Source: the human T2T-CHM13v2.0 reference genome, Homo sapiens. Taken from it: a stretch of 64,000 nucleotides of DNA. Every line of letters starts with the position of its first letter. The first letter of the stretch is position 1. The stretch lies in assembly GCF_009914755.1 (NCBI RefSeq), contig NC_060938.1. One strand, written 5' to 3'. The notes under the pieces are model-generated. The model was given only the letters and a program-made list of their open reading frames with translations, ran no database searches and was not told where the DNA came from. Shown one piece after another: positions 1-12,912 of the stretch. The position numbers and the translations under genes were made by a program.

Positions 1-304
1 CTTGAGAAATTTATTTCAGGTGTTTGGGGGTTCTTTTATCCTTATCTCTGAGCAAGCCTTGAGGCTATGCCTTAGAAGGCAGAAGCTGTCACATGTGTGT
101 GCTCAACATAAATACATTTTGATGCTATATTCAGTTAGGGCAGAGGTATTTAAGAAACATGAGGCAACCCTGCAGCTACAACAACAACCACAAAAACTCT
201 TCCTTTTTAAGGTTTACAAAATATTAATGTTGATTGGGACACTGTACTCTAATATGTTTTAGTATTGAATGGCGTGAACACACATCTGCTTTGCATAGTG
301 TATA

Positions 305-795
305 GTATCAGGTACCTATTACCAAAATACCTTTGCGTACTGAACAGCCACAAACTCTGTGGTCTAGAACAACATGCCTTTATTGACCGTCTGTCTGAGA
401 GGCCATCTGGATGGCTCTGCTGATCTTGTCTAGGCTTCCTTAAATGAAGGCTGTCACCTGGCATTCAGCTGAGCAAGGTTGGTTTTGGCTGGGATGACCC
501 GGGTAACTTACTTCATTCCACAAGTTGCTCATCCTCCAAAAGATTAACTGAGGCATGATCTTATGGCAGAGGCACAAAGAGAGCAGTTAAGCTCAATTAC
601 ACAGAGTTATTCAAACCTCTGCTTCCATCACATTGTCTAACATCCCTTTGGCCAAAGCAAGTCACATGGCTGAGCACAGAGCCAAAGGGAAGGGCATATT
701 TCCCTGCCCAAAGTGGAAATTTACTGCAGTTGTTTGGCCCAATCATGGGTCTAAGGAGGAGTGATGAATTGAGTACATCTTCAGAATCTACCACA
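305..795 (-). mobile_element. MLT1-family (ERVL-MaLR) solo LTR, old subfamily (MLT1H/J-like)
   Basis: Contains the typical MLT1 segment ttggccaaagcaagtcacatggc and ends in tctaccaca, the reverse complement of the tgtggtaga LTR start. Confidence 0.7.
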
Positions 796-888
796 CCCAT
801 TATGTGGAGAAAAAAAGAGTAAGATTATAATTCTAATCACTAATGAAACACGATAATCTCTGGAAAAGGTCAAGGACTGTGTGTGAGT

Positions 889-921
889 ACTAGACTAATA
901 GACTAGACTGACTAGACTAGA
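889..921. repeat. Short imperfect (TAGAC)n tandem repeat
   Basis: actagactaatagactagactgactagactaga. Confidence 0.75.
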
Positions 922-1321
922 AAATGATCAATACAACATAAACATTAGTAGTAGTTTATGGTTTGAATTCTATCTAAACATTAAGCTATGACTACATATT
1001 GGAGACGTTTGAGGTGAAATAGGCAGAGTATATAAGGATAAAATTGAATAGTATCCATGAATATGAATGTAGCAGAAAACTGGTCTCCATTAAATACTTT
1101 CATTTAAATTGGTTTAACATGGACAGAATTTGATTGAAAGTAAACAAATAAAAATACTTTCTGGCCTCCTTGCTGTTACTTGAGTACTCTAGGCAGGTTT
1201 CCACCTCAAGTCTTGGGCGCTTTCTATTATTCAGCTTCCCGTGCAATTTATCCACTCACAGTAACACGTCCTCTCATTAATAAGACCTCTGTTTGAGTAA
1301 GATCTTCCCAGAGAGGGCTTC

Positions 1322-1732
1322 TGTAGTCCATTCTCACCCTGCTATGAAGAAATACCTCAGACTGGGTAATTTATAAAGAAAAGGGATTTAATTGACTTAT
1401 GGTTCTGCAGGCTGTACAGGAAGCATGATGCTGGCATCCGCTCAGCTTCTGGGGAGGTCTCAGGAAACTTACAATCATGGCAGAAGGCAAGGTGGGGGCA
1501 GGCACTTCACATGGCCAGAATAGGAGGAAGAGAGAGAGGGGGGAGGTGCTACACACTTTTAAACAACCAGATGTTGCCAGGACTCACTATCACAAGAACA
1601 GCACCAAGTGGATGGTGCTAAATCACGCATTAGAAACCTCCTTCATAATCCCATCACCTCCTCCCACCTCCGACACTGGATATTACAACTGAACATGAGA
1701 TTTGGGCAGGAAGACATATCTAAACCATATCA
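1322..1732 (-). mobile_element. MSTA-type MaLR solo LTR
   Basis: tgtagtccattctcac...agactgggtaatttataaagaaaag...gctgtacaggaagcatgatgctggcatc...aaaccatatca; flanked by 5-bp TSD gcttc/ccttc. Confidence 0.88.
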
Positions 1733-1739
1733 CCTTCTG

Positions 1740-2030
1740 TAAGGACCTTACCTAAAGGAGTTCTTCCCTGCCCTTTAAGATTCAACCTCTTGCCCAGCTC
1801 GTCTTTCCTCAGGAAATAGAATAGGTTGAATAGCAGGAAGATACACATAGTAAATGGCACACTATGTGTATCTTCCTGCTATTCTACCTCACCCATGTAA
1901 TGTAAGGTCTCTGAAACCAAGGATCATGTCCAATCCCTCCTTACTATATCCCAATACCTAGAATAATTCTGGCATACTGTCAGTGCTCTCCACAATTTTT
2001 TTTAAGTGAATTGACTGATTGGCTGAATGA
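1740..2030 (+). mobile_element. L2 LINE 3' end remnant
   Basis: Degenerate L2 terminus (tatatcccaatacctagaataattctggcatactg...gtgaattgactgattggctgaatga). Confidence 0.55.
1823..1889. repeat. Near-perfect inverted repeat (29-bp arms, 9-nt spacer)
   Basis: aggttgaatagcaggaagatacacatagt / aaatggcac / actatgtgtatcttcctgctattctacct; 28 of 29 positions pair and the inner 24 bp are perfect. Confidence 0.95.
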
Positions 2031-2036
2031 TATTAG

Positions 2037-2367
<331 letters not shown>

Positions 2368-3514
2368 CACCCTACTGTCTTTTATGCACACATGCTGTTG
2401 TTGGAGAGGTGACTTCATTTACTTTTTTTCTTTGAGAAATGTGTACCTTTATCTCTACTTTTCCTCAGTTTCTCTTGACTCTTCAGATTTATTTTATAGC
2501 TGCTGCTTCCCATCCATTCACATTTATCTTAATGATCTCTCCTGGTGCTGGAAGTTAGGACTAAATTGCCGCTACTTAACTCTACATGGCTCCTTGGTAT
2601 ACAACTGGGCTGGTAGTGTGGCTCTAACAAAATGTGGCTACATTGAATTTTGGGTAATAGATGTTTGACAAAGATAACGGCTTGACAAATAAGTTATTAT
2701 AGTGACCTATACAAAGAATAGTGGCTGTATTTTATATAGCATGTATAGACATTTGAAATTGCAAAGTGTAGAATAATGCTCTTTCATTCTAAATATATAA
2801 ACTATTTTTCATAAAATAGCACCTTTGTGTGGAAAATGGTTGTTCGTTTTTTTAAGTTTCAAGATAAATTACACTTGGACAGCTTGGTCAACTTAACCAT
2901 CTTGGAGATCTACAATACTAGTATATTAAAAGTTCTGAGAACTCCTTTAGTAAAGGAATAATTTTGTTGAAACCGGAAGACTTCGAACTTATTTGACCAC
3001 AAATCTGATTGATGCATTTGTTTGCTTGCATTATTTGTTACTTTCTTGTTTGTTTGCATTTTACAAGGCAACTTACATATTCAGTGGCATATATTTGAGA
3101 AAAGACTTTTCTATTAATAATTGTATATGCTATCACTTGCTTATAATTGTAATGCCTTGCTTAAATTTAGAGCCTTTGTTGTGCTTTCCTCTTTTAGAGA
3201 CTCAGAATATTAGTCACTCAGTGACCAACATATGTCCCACAGTAGTTTAGTATTAACCTACTAGAGCCAGCCTTGAAATTATTCTCAGAGATAATACTCA
3301 AGGTTGAAGCAGCGGATGGAGCCCAGAGGTTAAGTACAGGTGAGACTCAGAGATGTTAAACAATGTGCCAGGTAGTCTGTCCAGGAAGAGAGTATAGACT
3401 TCATCTGAATTTTATTTCTGCTGAGGATATTGGTGTGTTAGTAAATTCTGAGTTTCTACTACTTATTTGAATAACGGTAACAATCACACACACACACAAA
3501 TGGTAAAACCAATT

Positions 3515-3715
3515 AACAATTGCTTAGCGTTTAGTATATACCAAACATTGTCCTTAGTCTTTTATAAACGTTAATTCCTTTAAATAGTTAATACTATTAT
3601 TGACACTCTTTTTCAGATGAAGAAAATGATGTAGAGTTGAGTTGCTGCTGAATAGCATACAACCAGTGAAGAGAGTGTAAACTCAGGAAGTCTAGGCCAA
3701 AAGACTAAAATTCAA
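3515..3715 (-). mobile_element. MIR SINE remnant
   Basis: Degenerate MIR core ttttcagatgaagaaaatga...aactcaggaagtctagg. Confidence 0.55.
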
Positions 3716-4626
3716 ATCAGGACTGTATACTGTACTGTTCTTAGTACAATGGTAATCCATAGCAATGCCAGGTTACTGGTATGCACATCTTGCACTATAT
3801 ATATATAGGATAATATCATATTTTTTATAGAAATAAATATATATTTATAATATATATTTTGTCTTCCTCCAAGACACAGTGTTTAATAATTTTTGGTCAA
3901 TACTGTGTACTTTGCACTATGAGGAACAAAAAAATAACAGACTACACACATAAATAACAGACTACAGTTTCCTACTCCATTAGGAAGTACACACCATTTG
4001 AGAAGTCATAACTATGCAGAAAAAGTTGGAACACAAAAGTATACCCATCTTATTTTTGAATTTCATAAAATGCAATGAATGGAATTATACCCCTTATCCT
4101 GGGTAAAAATGTCAAAAAGCACTCATTACCAAATGACATTTAGGCCCTAGAATATTTTTGCCACCTGTCATCTTCCTTCCTCTCACCTGTATAAATGGCA
4201 TTTATCTCTTTTGACATCGTGATTATAATGTTATCACTGCTTTTCACTTATTTCTACTAACCCATGACAGATTTCTTTATTCACATGCCATTCATTTGAC
4301 ATTTATTTGCTGTCCTTAATTTGTATTTAAATATGAATTCCTAAAATCTGCCTTGATTATATGTTGCTGCTAAGCTGATATCTCTCATTACCTTTGAGAT
4401 TATTCTCAATGGAAAGTAGATAGTGATATTCATTCACCCTTTTAATACATTTTATGGCAGTATGAAGAACAGGTAATGTTCTGGACAGTGGTTTTCAAAC
4501 TTGAAATTTGGGAATATCAAACTTTTTTCTCCCCCAGCACACATAGGTTGTCAACATACCATGACTGTTGGAATTCTGACATGTGGGAGAAGTGAGCTTA
4601 TCTTTTGACAAAAACATTCCACATAT

Positions 4627-5198
4627 TTGATGGGTAATTGTGTATGTCAACTTAGTGGGGCCACAGGATGCCCAAATAGTGTTTAGGTATTATATCTGGG
4701 TGCATCTGTGAAGATGTTTCTAGAAGAGTCTAGCATTTAAATGGGGAAACTGAGTCAAGCAGTTCCCAAGTGGGTGGACATCACTTAATCCATTGAAAGC
4801 CTGAATAGCACAAAGAGATGGAGGAAGGCTGAACTCACTCTCTGCCTGCATTTTGAGCTCAGACACCATTCTTCTGCCTTTTGTACTTCTGGTTCTCAGG
4901 CCTTCAGACCTAGACAGGAATCTATACTACTAGATCTCTGAATCTGAAGCCTTCGAACTACATCACTGGCTTTCCTGGGTCTCCAGCTTGCAGAAAGCAG
5001 ATCATGAGACTTCTGTGGTTCCTTAAACCAAAACTGCATGAGAAATCTATCTATCTATATATAGATATATGAATATATAGATATGTATATATATAAATAT
5101 GATATTTTCCTATATACAAATATATGTATAATATTCTATTATCATATAATATAGGATATTATCCTATTGTTTTTGTTTCTCTGGAGAACCCTAATATA
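4627..5198 (+). mobile_element. MLT2 (ERVL) solo LTR, MLT2D/B-like
   Basis: tgatgggtaattgtgtatgtcaactt...gcctgaatagcacaaa...cagcttgcaga..., internal (TA)-rich tract, ends gtttctctggagaaccctaatata. Confidence 0.85.
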
Positions 5199-5824
5199 AT
5201 GTAATTTTGAACGGATTTAAAAAATATATACAGGGGTTTATTATGGTAAGAGGATAATGTGGCTAGAAGAAGAGGAGAGAGAGTAGGAAACAAAACAATT
5301 AAGGAAATAATTTTTTAAAACGACATAAAAAATAAAAGTTTTTCTTATTCATTGATTCATTCATATATTCATTAAATCACATGTCAAAAGTTTTTTGCTC
5401 TGGTCTTATGACCTGTAGTCATTAAAGATGAACAATACCCAAAAATAAACTAAAGAATTTCTTGTGTTTTCTGACCACAGTGCAGAACACTCAAGGTTGT
5501 CTAGACACTGATTCTCTTACCCTTCAAATATTCTTTGAAATAAGTGAACCATCTCAACGACTAGGGAGCTGTTTCTTGAGCTAGACTTTAGTCTTTCAAT
5601 TTCATATTCCAATTAGTGTGACTTTTTTGGGCTACCATAGGCAGACAACTTCAAGTTCATAGGGATACTTAAGGTGTCTTTCCAAAAAATATATAATCAA
5701 TAATTTAGTCAAAGCACTGCATCATCTCTGATGAACTGAAGTATGTTAAGATCCATGACTCTCACAATGCAGGTCAATTCCATTTCTCCATTATTGAATT
5801 GTTATCCATTTGAAAGCACCACCA

Positions 5825-6127
5825 GGCTGGGCACGTTGGCTCACGCCTGTAACCCTTGAAGTTTGGGAGGCCAAGGTGGGTGTATCAGTTGAGGTCAGGA
5901 GTTTGAGACCCGCCTGGCCAACATGGTAAAACTCCATCTCTACTAAAAATACAAAAAGTCCCCAGGTGTGGTGGCAGGCACCTATAATCCTAGCTATTAG
6001 GGAAGCTGAGGCAGGAAGATCACTTGAACCCAGGAGGTGGAGGTTGCAGCAGTGAGCCAAGATCGTGCCACTGCACTCCAGCCTGGGTGACAGAGCGAGA
6101 CTCCATCTCAACAAAAAAATAAATAAA
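5825..6127 (+). mobile_element. Alu (AluSx-like)
   Basis: ggctgggcacgttggctcacgcctgtaa..., dimeric, A-rich tail. Confidence 0.95.
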
Positions 6128-6882
6128 GACAGTGGCACAGACAAGAATGATTTAACAAAATAATTATATCCATTCATAATTAGCCACCATCTAGATTAAA
6201 TAAATCATCCATATTTAATTTGATAGACAAATCGTTTTCCCAAAAAGAGCTTCCAAAGGCTTTATTGAACATTAAAGAAAGTAAACTCACCTAGAAAAGG
6301 TAATATTAATTTCATTTCTTCCAAATTAGACTCTCTGTATTTTGTCTACCCAATGACTTGTGTTTAAAAAAAATTAGATTCAACTTCTGTATGAAAAGGC
6401 AGATTTCAACTAATGAATTGTGTATTATTAGGAACCTGCACTCCATCTTGTTATTAAGATATATGAATTGTGAAATTTACCAGTAAAAATTATATTGAGA
6501 TGTTGCCCCTAAGCAAGGGGAAATTGTACCTTCTAGACATATGTGGCATTTGCAACATGCTTTTAAAGGAAAAAAAAATACATACCAGGAGTAATTAGTA
6601 GAATATTTTGATATGTGCTGGCTGAAGATTGTTTTACAATGTAAGATTTTAGCATAATTGCATCCCCCTCACCTCTGCGAGCACATAAGTGTTATTACAG
6701 CATATGATAGAAAGAACCCTCAAATGCCACATTCAGATATGTAGTATTTTTCTTAGAAACACATCATTTTTTATTGCTGTGGCTTTTTCCAAGTAAATAC
6801 TGGAAAATATACAAGTCCCATTCAAATAAGTTGCATTAGTTAGTGGATGGCCATAGATGCATTGCATGCACTTCTAATAATT

Positions 6883-7185
6883 TGTTTTTTGTTTGTTTGT
6901 TTGTTTGTTTGTTTTGAGATGGAGTCTTACTCTGTCACCCAGGCTGGAGTGCCATGTTGCAATCTTGACTCACTGCAACCTCCGCCTCCCGGGTTCAAGC
7001 AATTCTCCTGCCTCAGCCTCCTGAGTAGCTGGGATTACAGGCACGCACCACCACGCTTGGCTAATTTTTGTATTTTTAGTAGAGATGGGGTTTCGCCAAT
7101 GTTGGCCAGGCTGGTCTCAAACTCAAATGATCCACCCGCCTCAGCCTCCCAAAGTGCAGACAGGCATGAGCTACCGCGTCTGGCC
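6883..7185 (-). mobile_element. Alu (AluS) with (TTTG)n tail and small internal deletions
   Basis: (ttgt)n then gagatggagtcttactctgtcacccaggctgg...gcgtctggcc. Confidence 0.93.
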
Positions 7186-7415
7186 TTGATTTTTCAAATT
7201 ATACTCATTTTAATGAAAAAACTCATTTCAAGTCTAATTCATGACTGATTTTTAGAACTATAAATGTCTTTTTCCCAAAAAGAAGATTTACAGAATGGCT
7301 TTTAGCTTGTGACTCAATGTGTCAGTAATTCAAAATATACCATATATGATGATGATCAAGATGACTTTTTATGTATTTTTTTCCTCATCTATATAGTTTT
7401 CTTGTCCCAAATGAT

Positions 7416-8201
<786 letters not shown>

Positions 8202-9499
8202 TTCGTGCTGTTTCATCAGACAGTAAAAGAAAGTGCCTAAAGTCAGGTCTGTCCTTTTTGTGTGTCTTTCTGGAGTATTTAGTGTATGACATGCAGCCTA
8301 ATTAATACTGATGATGCATGTTCTTTTATTATCCTCTAATTTAAGGCTTTCCAAACAATAGACGTGGTTTTGTCATAATCATAAAGTGCTGAAAATATTC
8401 TTCACTTGACTTTAAAAAATTAGTTTGTTTTTTAACTTAAAACCTATTTATTTTAAAATAACATTTTTCAAGAAATATCATTCATAAGTTTAAAATACAG
8501 TGTCAGTTACCATAAATAGATAGTTGCATGAAAATGAAAGACATCAAACAGAAAAATGTTAGAGTACCACCTCAAATCACCTAGATTTATTACCACCTAA
8601 AATCATCTAGTACTATTATCATTGGATAAACACTAATCGAGATAATTGGCAAGGGTCCTAAAGAGAGAGAGAGTCAATAACAGCTGGGAATTGAGGGGGG
8701 CCTAGGGTATTACCAGGCATGCAGAAGCCGGGAGACTTCTGAGAAGCAGGAGAAGCAAGGAACACTTCTTACACTCCCAGGCAACTTCCCAAATAGAAAA
8801 AGAACCCTGCCTGAGGTAGAGAAAGTAACATTGCTGCCTTTACAAAGACTGGTTTGGGGTAGGTAAGAATAGGCAGTTTTGCCAGAGCACTCTCATGTAA
8901 AGCAAATCAGCCTCTTAGAGAGAAAATAAGGACCTTGTTCATTTCGGAACCCTCCGTGCTGAGCACACAGGAAGTATGAGCTGAATAAGTATAAGTTCAG
9001 TGAATGAACAAGTCAGATGAAAGAACCAAATCACCAAAATTATGTGTAAGACAGGCAAGAGGAAAGTGACACGGCTGTTCTTCTTTTTGATTAATGCACC
9101 TGTCAGAGCAGAACAGACGATGACTAAGATGATGCTGGAGTGTAACATGAAGCCGAGAAAACAGGAATAGCAGAGACAGTGAGCAGCAGTGATGCAACCA
9201 GGGTTGCTGGTGAGCTGCTGCTCTGCTTCCCTCCTTGTCTCTGCAGCAACATTCCAGGTACCATTTCATTGCTACCTGCAAAGTCATTTAACCCTTGGAG
9301 TCTGGAACATTATATTAGCTTGATTTCTCTCCTACTTTTTTGTCTTCTTGTGTCTTTTTTGGGTTGCCTTTTTTTTTTCTTTCATAGCCTGTATACAGGC
9401 AAACCAAAGCTCCTCAATTCCCAATGCATACTTTTCTTTGATGTCCACACCTTTACCGAAAAGAACCCTCTTGGCTGAGCTTCCTGTGGACATGTCATT

Positions 9500-9720
9500 C
9501 TATTAACCAAACACCCCTACAGAGGTCTCTTGACACCATCTCAAACTCCGCATGTATACAACTGAAATTCTAATCTCCAATCCACCTGTCCCTCAAAATT
9601 ACTTTCCTATTTCTACAAATGATAACCCTATACTCAAGGCACCAGATTCAACACCATTTTTTATAAATCCATCTCATTTTCTCTATCTTAGAAACTGACA
9701 ATTCTTAGCCAACTTAACTT
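9500..9720 (+). mobile_element. L2 remnant
   Basis: catctcaaactc...catgt...aactgaaattctaatctc pattern typical of L2. Confidence 0.45.
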
Positions 9721-9768
9721 TATTCTTTCTGCTTGTATTCATTTTTTCTTCATAACTGATACTCCTTT

Positions 9769-10076
9769 AGATGGGCACTGTCCAATACCAGAGACACATG
9801 TGAATACCGGGCACTTAAAATGCATCAGGTTAGGCTAAGGAATTGGATTTTTTATTTCATTTTAATTAACTTAGACATAAAAAATCAAAAGTTTTTGATT
9901 TTTAATAATTTTATATCAACTACTTACTGAAATGATAATGTTACAGATTTGTTGTAGCAAATATAACACATAATTAAAATTAATTTTACCTGTTTCTTCT
10001 TAGTTTCTTTATGTAGCTGTGAAAAATAATTGTTGTATGTGTAGTTTATATTTTGATTAGGCAGCATTGGTTTAGA
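9769..10076. mobile_element. MER33 (hAT-Charlie) DNA transposon
   Basis: gcactgtccaata...cacatgtg...gcacttaaaatg...attaaaattaattttacctgtttctt...ggcagcattggtttaga. Confidence 0.75.
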
Positions 10077-11169
10077 CCATATCAAGGATAAACAAAATGG
10101 CATTCACTGATTTTGAATACCTAATGTGTATCAAATTGCAGGCTAGACATTCTGTAACTTGAATCATATGATCTTCAAATTATTTCTAACAAATCAGTAA
10201 CATTTTTCACCAGTTTTACACATGAAAATCTGAAAAGAACAAGGGGAGAAAAGAGATTGCACAATGTTAAAGGTGAATAAGCATAGAGTAAGCCTTCACA
10301 TTCAGGTCTACCAGCCTGATCCAGGGTTTTTCCACTAGATCTAGCTGTCCATCACTGCTAAGAGCTTTGGGAAAGCACAAAGGGCTGCACAGGCTCTAAA
10401 GGAGACTGTCACTTCACTCTGTGGTTCATGGAGCCCCAGTTTTGTGTAATATGGTTTGGCTGGCCAGCCTGCAGCAGCTGCTTTGGCTTCTATGTTCATG
10501 ATACATCCCATGACACTCTGGAGTCTCATGATACTCCCATGCCTGCATGATCTGATCCAGCTGTAAAAACCCAGGGCTGTGTACCACCTGGGCTAGGGGA
10601 AGTGACTCAACACTGGATCACAGATGCATGCCCAGGACTCTGGCGGAGGCAGCACTGTCTGATTCTTTCTCAATGTGGTCAGGCACGGCTGCTTTCTGGT
10701 TTCATTCATCTTCCACCTTGGCATAAACAGGTTGCGGGGGTTGATGGGATTCTCCTGACTTAGGAACTGCTTCCTTTGTACCTTCAGCTACGAATAAAGG
10801 CAGGTGAAATCCCTTTATGACCCATCTCAAAAAGAATGCAATATGTTTGTCCTTGGGGAGATGATGTTAAAATATCTCCAGGAATGTCACTTTCAGTCTG
10901 CAAGTCCAGGCCAGTCTGACAAGTCTGTGGAGTTACACAGAAGGACTGCCTTTTGGAAAATGCACCTCACCAGGTTCTCATGGGTTATGTTAAATTTTTC
11001 CATCTAAAGTGAATGCTTTCTGAGTTTTTTCATCTGATTATTCAATTAAAATTCAAGGAGCCCAGGTTATCATTTTCAGCTAATACTTTAACAAGACTGC
11101 TATGAAAGTAAAGTCTGGTAGAAATCGGATTTTACATAGTGATAATAAATAACAAAAAGAAATATATCT

Positions 11170-11330
11170 ATAATGACCAGCATTTACATTTCTCATAAAC
11201 ACTTAAAAGTGTTTTGTACTACTTATTTTCTTTGATCTGCACAATCATCCCGTATTATGCATATGATTATTATCCTCATTTTAAAGAAAAGAAAACAATG
11301 TCATTGAACAATTTGCCCAAAGTCTTACTT
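11170..11330 (-). mobile_element. MIR remnant
   Basis: tttgatctgcacaatcatccc...attattatcctcattttaaagaaaagaaaac...aatttgcccaaagtc. Confidence 0.6.
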
Positions 11331-11499
11331 TTCATATGATCCAACTTGTTTGGTGTTTTATCAGTTAATTATTTTGCTTTGGGTGTCATTTCTTTTTCTA
11401 ATTCAAAACAAAATAATCTTCCTACATTTTTACTCTTCATTCACTATAACTACATTTTTCAAGCATTTAGCAAGCGCCTTTTTTCTTTTCATGAAACCC

Positions 11500-12020
11500 A
11501 TTCCTGTACAACTACACATCACATACCTGGTGACTCTGTATTTCAAAGTTTCTATGAAATACAATCTCTATGCTATTGACTCCAAATGTATACACCCAGC
11601 ACTGGACTCTTCACTGAAAACCAGACTGAAAAATGCATGGGCCTGCTTGGTATCTCTGCTGTACTAGTGCTGCGAAAGATATTACAAACTTAACACGGGT
11701 CAGACAAGGTCTTGATTCATCATAGGTACTCACTCTCCAACACCGTTCCTTTCCTAGTCTTCACAGTCTCCAAAAGAGGAATGCCATCCACCTAGTTCCC
11801 TTACCAAAATCATAGAAGCATCCTGAATCCTTTATATCTCTTACCCCTTGGATCCAAGTCCATCAGCAATTCCTGCCAGCTTCACCTTCAAGCTACCTCC
11901 CTGATGAAGTAAACTCTCAGCTCCATTCCTAACATCCTACTCTGAATTACCATAATCTCCTGTCTAGACTACTGAAATAGCCTCTTAATTCTTCTAGCTT
12001 TCATTTATATCTACCCATAA
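11500..12020 (+). mobile_element. L2a fragment (5' part of an L2 later split by L1, MER5 and MLT2)
   Basis: tatgctattgactccaaat...ccagact...aaacttaacac...atccaagtccatcagcaattcctgccagcttcaccttcaa...ctagactactgaaatagcctctta. Confidence 0.75.
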
Positions 12021-12584
12021 ACCATTAAAATTGAGATCAAATTTATATTCAGTCAAAATGTACTAATTTCAAGCACACAACTTAAAGATTCCCAGTAAAT
12101 GTATACACTCATTCTAATCAAGATATAAAATATTTTCATTACACCTTTTATAACTCCTTCTAGTCAATCATCAGCCTTCTCCTTAGACAACCACTGTTCT
12201 TACTTCTGTCAGTAAAGACACATTAGCTTTTTCCTGAGTACATGTGCACAGTATGCACCCTTTGTTATCAAAGGACAGATTTCCTTTGCCCAACATCATA
12301 TTAGTACTTGTGAAATTCATATGTTTTTACATGAATTGGTAGTTGTTGTTTTTTTTTGGTACTAAGTAGAATTCCATTATATAAGTAAACAGAAATTTAT
12401 CCATTCTCCTATTGAAAACCATCAGGTTGTTTTCAGTTTTGTACTATTTTGAATAAAGGTACAATGAAAATTTGGGTACAATTCTAAGTGTAGACAGATG
12501 TTTTTATTTCTTATGATTAAATACCTAGGGCTGGAAATGCTGGAGCTTATGTTAAGAATCGATTTAACTCTATAAGAAATTGCC

Positions 12585-12912
<328 letters not shown>

